DNA of 64,000 nucleotides from Microthyrium microscopicum (Eukaryota): NCBI GenBank assembly GCA_010405405.1, contig MU004246.1, positions 372,001 to 436,000 of the forward strand, read 5' to 3'. Shown piece by piece: positions 60,985 to 64,000 of this stretch (position 1 is its first letter; each line of letters starts with the position of its first letter). The notes under the pieces were generated by a model. It saw only the letters and a program-made list of their open reading frames with translations, ran no database searches and was not told where the DNA came from. The position numbers and the translations under genes were made by a program.

Positions 60985-61943
60985 GTTTGAACTGTTGACA
61001 GATAGAGTCCGCTTTGCTTGGAGAATCTGATGGGTGATGTGATGTTGAAAGAGTGTAAGCGTTAGAAGGTAATGAAAGGGTAGGATATATTTATGTCGGC
61101 GAAATAAGCGGCCAACGCTAGCCCATGAATGAATCAACACCTATCTTACTGTCATTGCCCAACCACCGGCGTAACACTCTTCATGAGGTGAAACAATTTT
61201 ACAACATCACCTGGGAGTAGCAATTTATGCAGGCTCCACATTTTCATAGCAAGCCCTTCCACCACGATGTCTGATATAATGTGCTTTTAAACCGGATGCT
61301 TTATTTCCCACCGAGTGTGCCAATAACTCATGAAATCCCCGAATAAGGGCGGAAATCAATATAGTTCTTCTTTGATATGGCCGTGGCGATGTTCGTCGTT
61401 TCTAGAGTAGCCAATCAAATGGCTCATTCAGCTTAAAGGCTGCCAAAACAGGTCATCAGGCTGAAAACTTTTGCGACAATTTCAGTGACTGAAGTACAAC
61501 CCACAATGACTTGTGAAAGATACTAAAGGAGTATCTCAGTATGACAAGTGCACCTTATGAGAAGGTGTACAAAAAGAAAATGGCGTAACCGCTACAATTT
61601 AGTTTGGAGGTCACACCATAAATGCTAGCATGTACGAAAATAGGACGAATGTTTGGGGTGAAACAGAAATGATCCAGAATAGTATGTGCCAAGAAGTAGA
61701 TTCACTCTAACAAGTAAAATTATGATGTTTTTGAGTCTAGTCTGACAAACTGGAAATACCTCCTTGACAGAGTCAAAACCCACGGTTTCGTTCCTGAGAG
61801 AACGAAGCAACCAGATATATACAGAAAACACCGGCGTTCAGAAATCCAGCAATACTCGTACATATTCAGACTTTTACTCGAGCCTAACAGTAAGAGAACA
61901 GTTGCCAAATATTACCTAGCAGGCCATCCATCCAGGTCAGCTT

Positions 61944-63732
61944 TCACTTCCGCGCCTTTTTGAACGGGCGACGGCCCTCGTCCTCATCCACATCCACATC
62001 CTCCTCCTCCGCCTCATCTTCGATGTCCTCTTCGATCTCGTCTTCGTCATCTCCAATTTCAGCAGCCAGTGTCAGTCGATTTGCAGCATGACGTCGGGCT
62101 TCGTCTATCTCGGCCATAATGTCAGGGTGCCGTCTAGAATTGGCACATACGGGCTCAAGACTTGCGAGTTGCGCACGCGTGAGCGCGGGATTTGGCTGCG
62201 CGGCCACGAGCCAGGCGTGACTTTGGCGGTCGGCATGTCCCTTTCCGAGCTCAATACCATTCCGATCTGTGGGCTTGATTCGATGAACGCTGTACGCATG
62301 ATCTCGCAGTGACTTCGGGCCTGCATAGTCATTAGCATGGGAATATGGCTCAAAGGGGAGGTTTACCACTATAGAACTGCACAAAGTCACTACCTACTTT
62401 GCGCGTTATTACATAGGCATTGCAGCCACATCCTGGACAGTAGACCGGCTGATAGCTGCCGTCTGCTAGTGGTACTACGGGAAGGTCTGAGGGGGCACGA
62501 TTGGTGATGTTTGGCAGGACTATATTTGGAGTTGAGCTCAGAGGAGGAGGTCCGCCGGTCAATTGCTGTTGACCGTTTCGTGCTGACACCACTCCGGCGA
62601 CCCGGCTACGACGTGTTGTTCGCGGAGTAATTGCGCCTGTGGGTAGTGACAAAGATAGATTTAAAGCTCTAGAACCAAGTGCGGAAGTAGCTGGGGTCGT
62701 AGTTACTGGTGCTGTAGTAGCTGATGCCGTAGTAGTCGGTGCCGTGGTAATCGGTGCCGTCGCAGCTGGTGGCATTAGACCAGCAGTAGTAGTGAGATTT
62801 CTAGGAGGGGTGCGACTTGATTTCATGGGGCTGTTTTGAGCGTCATTAATAAGACGCGCCTGCGCTTTATCGCTGGACAAGGAAGCTGAAGGTCCCGGAC
62901 ATGGTGTAGTCGAGGCAACATGTAATGGTCCTGAGCATACCAAAGTTTGTTTGTGTTCGGAAGAAGGCTCATAAGAACGTGGAGATTGCTGTGAAAGAGC
63001 GTTGTAGTTGACGTCCAGAGACTGCATTTGTTTAGACGGGCTATAGTAGGAAGATTCCCATGAAATAGTCTGGTTCATCGACGTAGCTTCCGCAAGGTCC
63101 AAGGAATAGATAGCCTGTTCATGCTGCGAAGTCTGAGACATAAGATTTTGGGTGTCCAGGGCAGAATGATAATGTAATGATCCATGCAGTTGCGAAGAAC
63201 TATTCTGAGCTTGACCTATATCCGGACCAAACAAGTCATGAGACTGATGATTAGTGTTTTGAAGTATATAACCGGTACCACCGGGAGAGAGCGTCGTGGA
63301 AGGCATTGTGTCCACGTCCCCAAATAAGTCATTGAACTGAGAACCAGGTCCAAAACGGTTAGTCACATTATTTGGTGCAGGCTCTGAACAATCATTACCC
63401 CGGGTCAACACCGCTGGGTTGATATATTGCTCCACGGGCTCTTGCGTATTGTATGTGAGTGTTGTATGTAGCTCGACATAACCTTGCGAGTTTGTCAAAG
63501 CCGGATCCGTCAACGACGACTGAGATGTCAGTTCGATCTGAGGTGTTGTCGTTGAGATTGAGATCGAAGGGTCATTTGTGAATGCTACCTTGTTGGCTGG
63601 AACATGTGCGGGTGGAGTGTGTGCTTCGGATTCAAAGCTGAAGAAACGCCGACTATTATCTTGCAGGAGAGACTCATTCGGGTTAGAAGACGTTCCGCTG
63701 TCATCCACCCGATTGAAACTGAACTCTGCCAT
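61944..63732 (-). CDS. Low-complexity nuclear protein with atypical C2H2-like motif, acidic stretch and C-terminal NLS
   Basis: An intron at ~62321-62366 joins YCPGCGC...QFYSG to PKSLRDHAYSVH; E/D-rich tail ending RRPFKKARK. Start codon uncertain. Confidence 0.6.
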
Positions 63733-64000
63733 CTTGGCGCTAGACCGGTGTCGACCCGGCGATGCAGAGCCAAATGAAGCCGCGTTCCAGGTATGAGGGA
63801 GGTGATATGACGAAGGTTGCTTGTTTTTATCTGAGATGCTGAAGATGTAATGCGACGCCGGCGTGGAGACGAATGAGTTGCGTGCTTGCGAAGATTCGTG
63901 AGGTTGCCGAGTTCTGGTGGGTAGAAGTCTAAGCGAGAAAAAGCCATGCTATGGTTGGAGGTAGAAGGTGAAGATGCAGTTGCGAGTGAGGCCCACATCT

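Noticed and set aside
1..64000. CRISPR arrays, rRNA genes, autonomous transposons, and the many antisense or overlapping ORFs in the track
   Set aside because: No regularly spaced repeat-spacer arrays, rRNA-like sequence or transposase/RT motifs were seen. The overlapping ORFs are shadows of the real genes.

Overview
Gene-dense genomic DNA from a filamentous ascomycete, with short GT-AG introns carrying CTRAC/CTAAT branch sites; a Dothideomycete plant-associated fungus such as Venturia is plausible but is only my inference. About 26 intron-containing or single-exon protein genes are readable. Conserved or metabolic genes: V-ATPase subunit A, class I chitin synthase, CCDC47/DUF1682, a full-size ABCG transporter, a HAL2-like phosphatase, a DHCR24-like oxidoreductase and a flavin monooxygenase. 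Cell-wall and secreted genes: cutinase, fasciclin, GH55, GH17, GH72-like, GT34-like and DUF4419. There are also HET, F-box and zinc-finger genes. The most notable observations are: (1) two paralogous secreted proteins with the HH...HxH...M ligand pattern of PHM/dopamine-beta-hydroxylase-type copper monooxygenases; (2) a candidate fungal antagonism module made of a giant GH55 with a Cys-rich C-terminal cargo domain, head-to-head with a small secreted protein and a secreted HExxH metalloprotease, next to a HET gene; (3) a GH72-X8 protein lacking both catalytic glutamates and carrying a transmembrane helix and repetitive cytoplasmic tail, i.e. a receptor-like pseudoenzyme; (4) a ~210-bp foldback/MITE family with three full copies and relics inside introns. 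All gene models were spliced by eye and no database searches were run.
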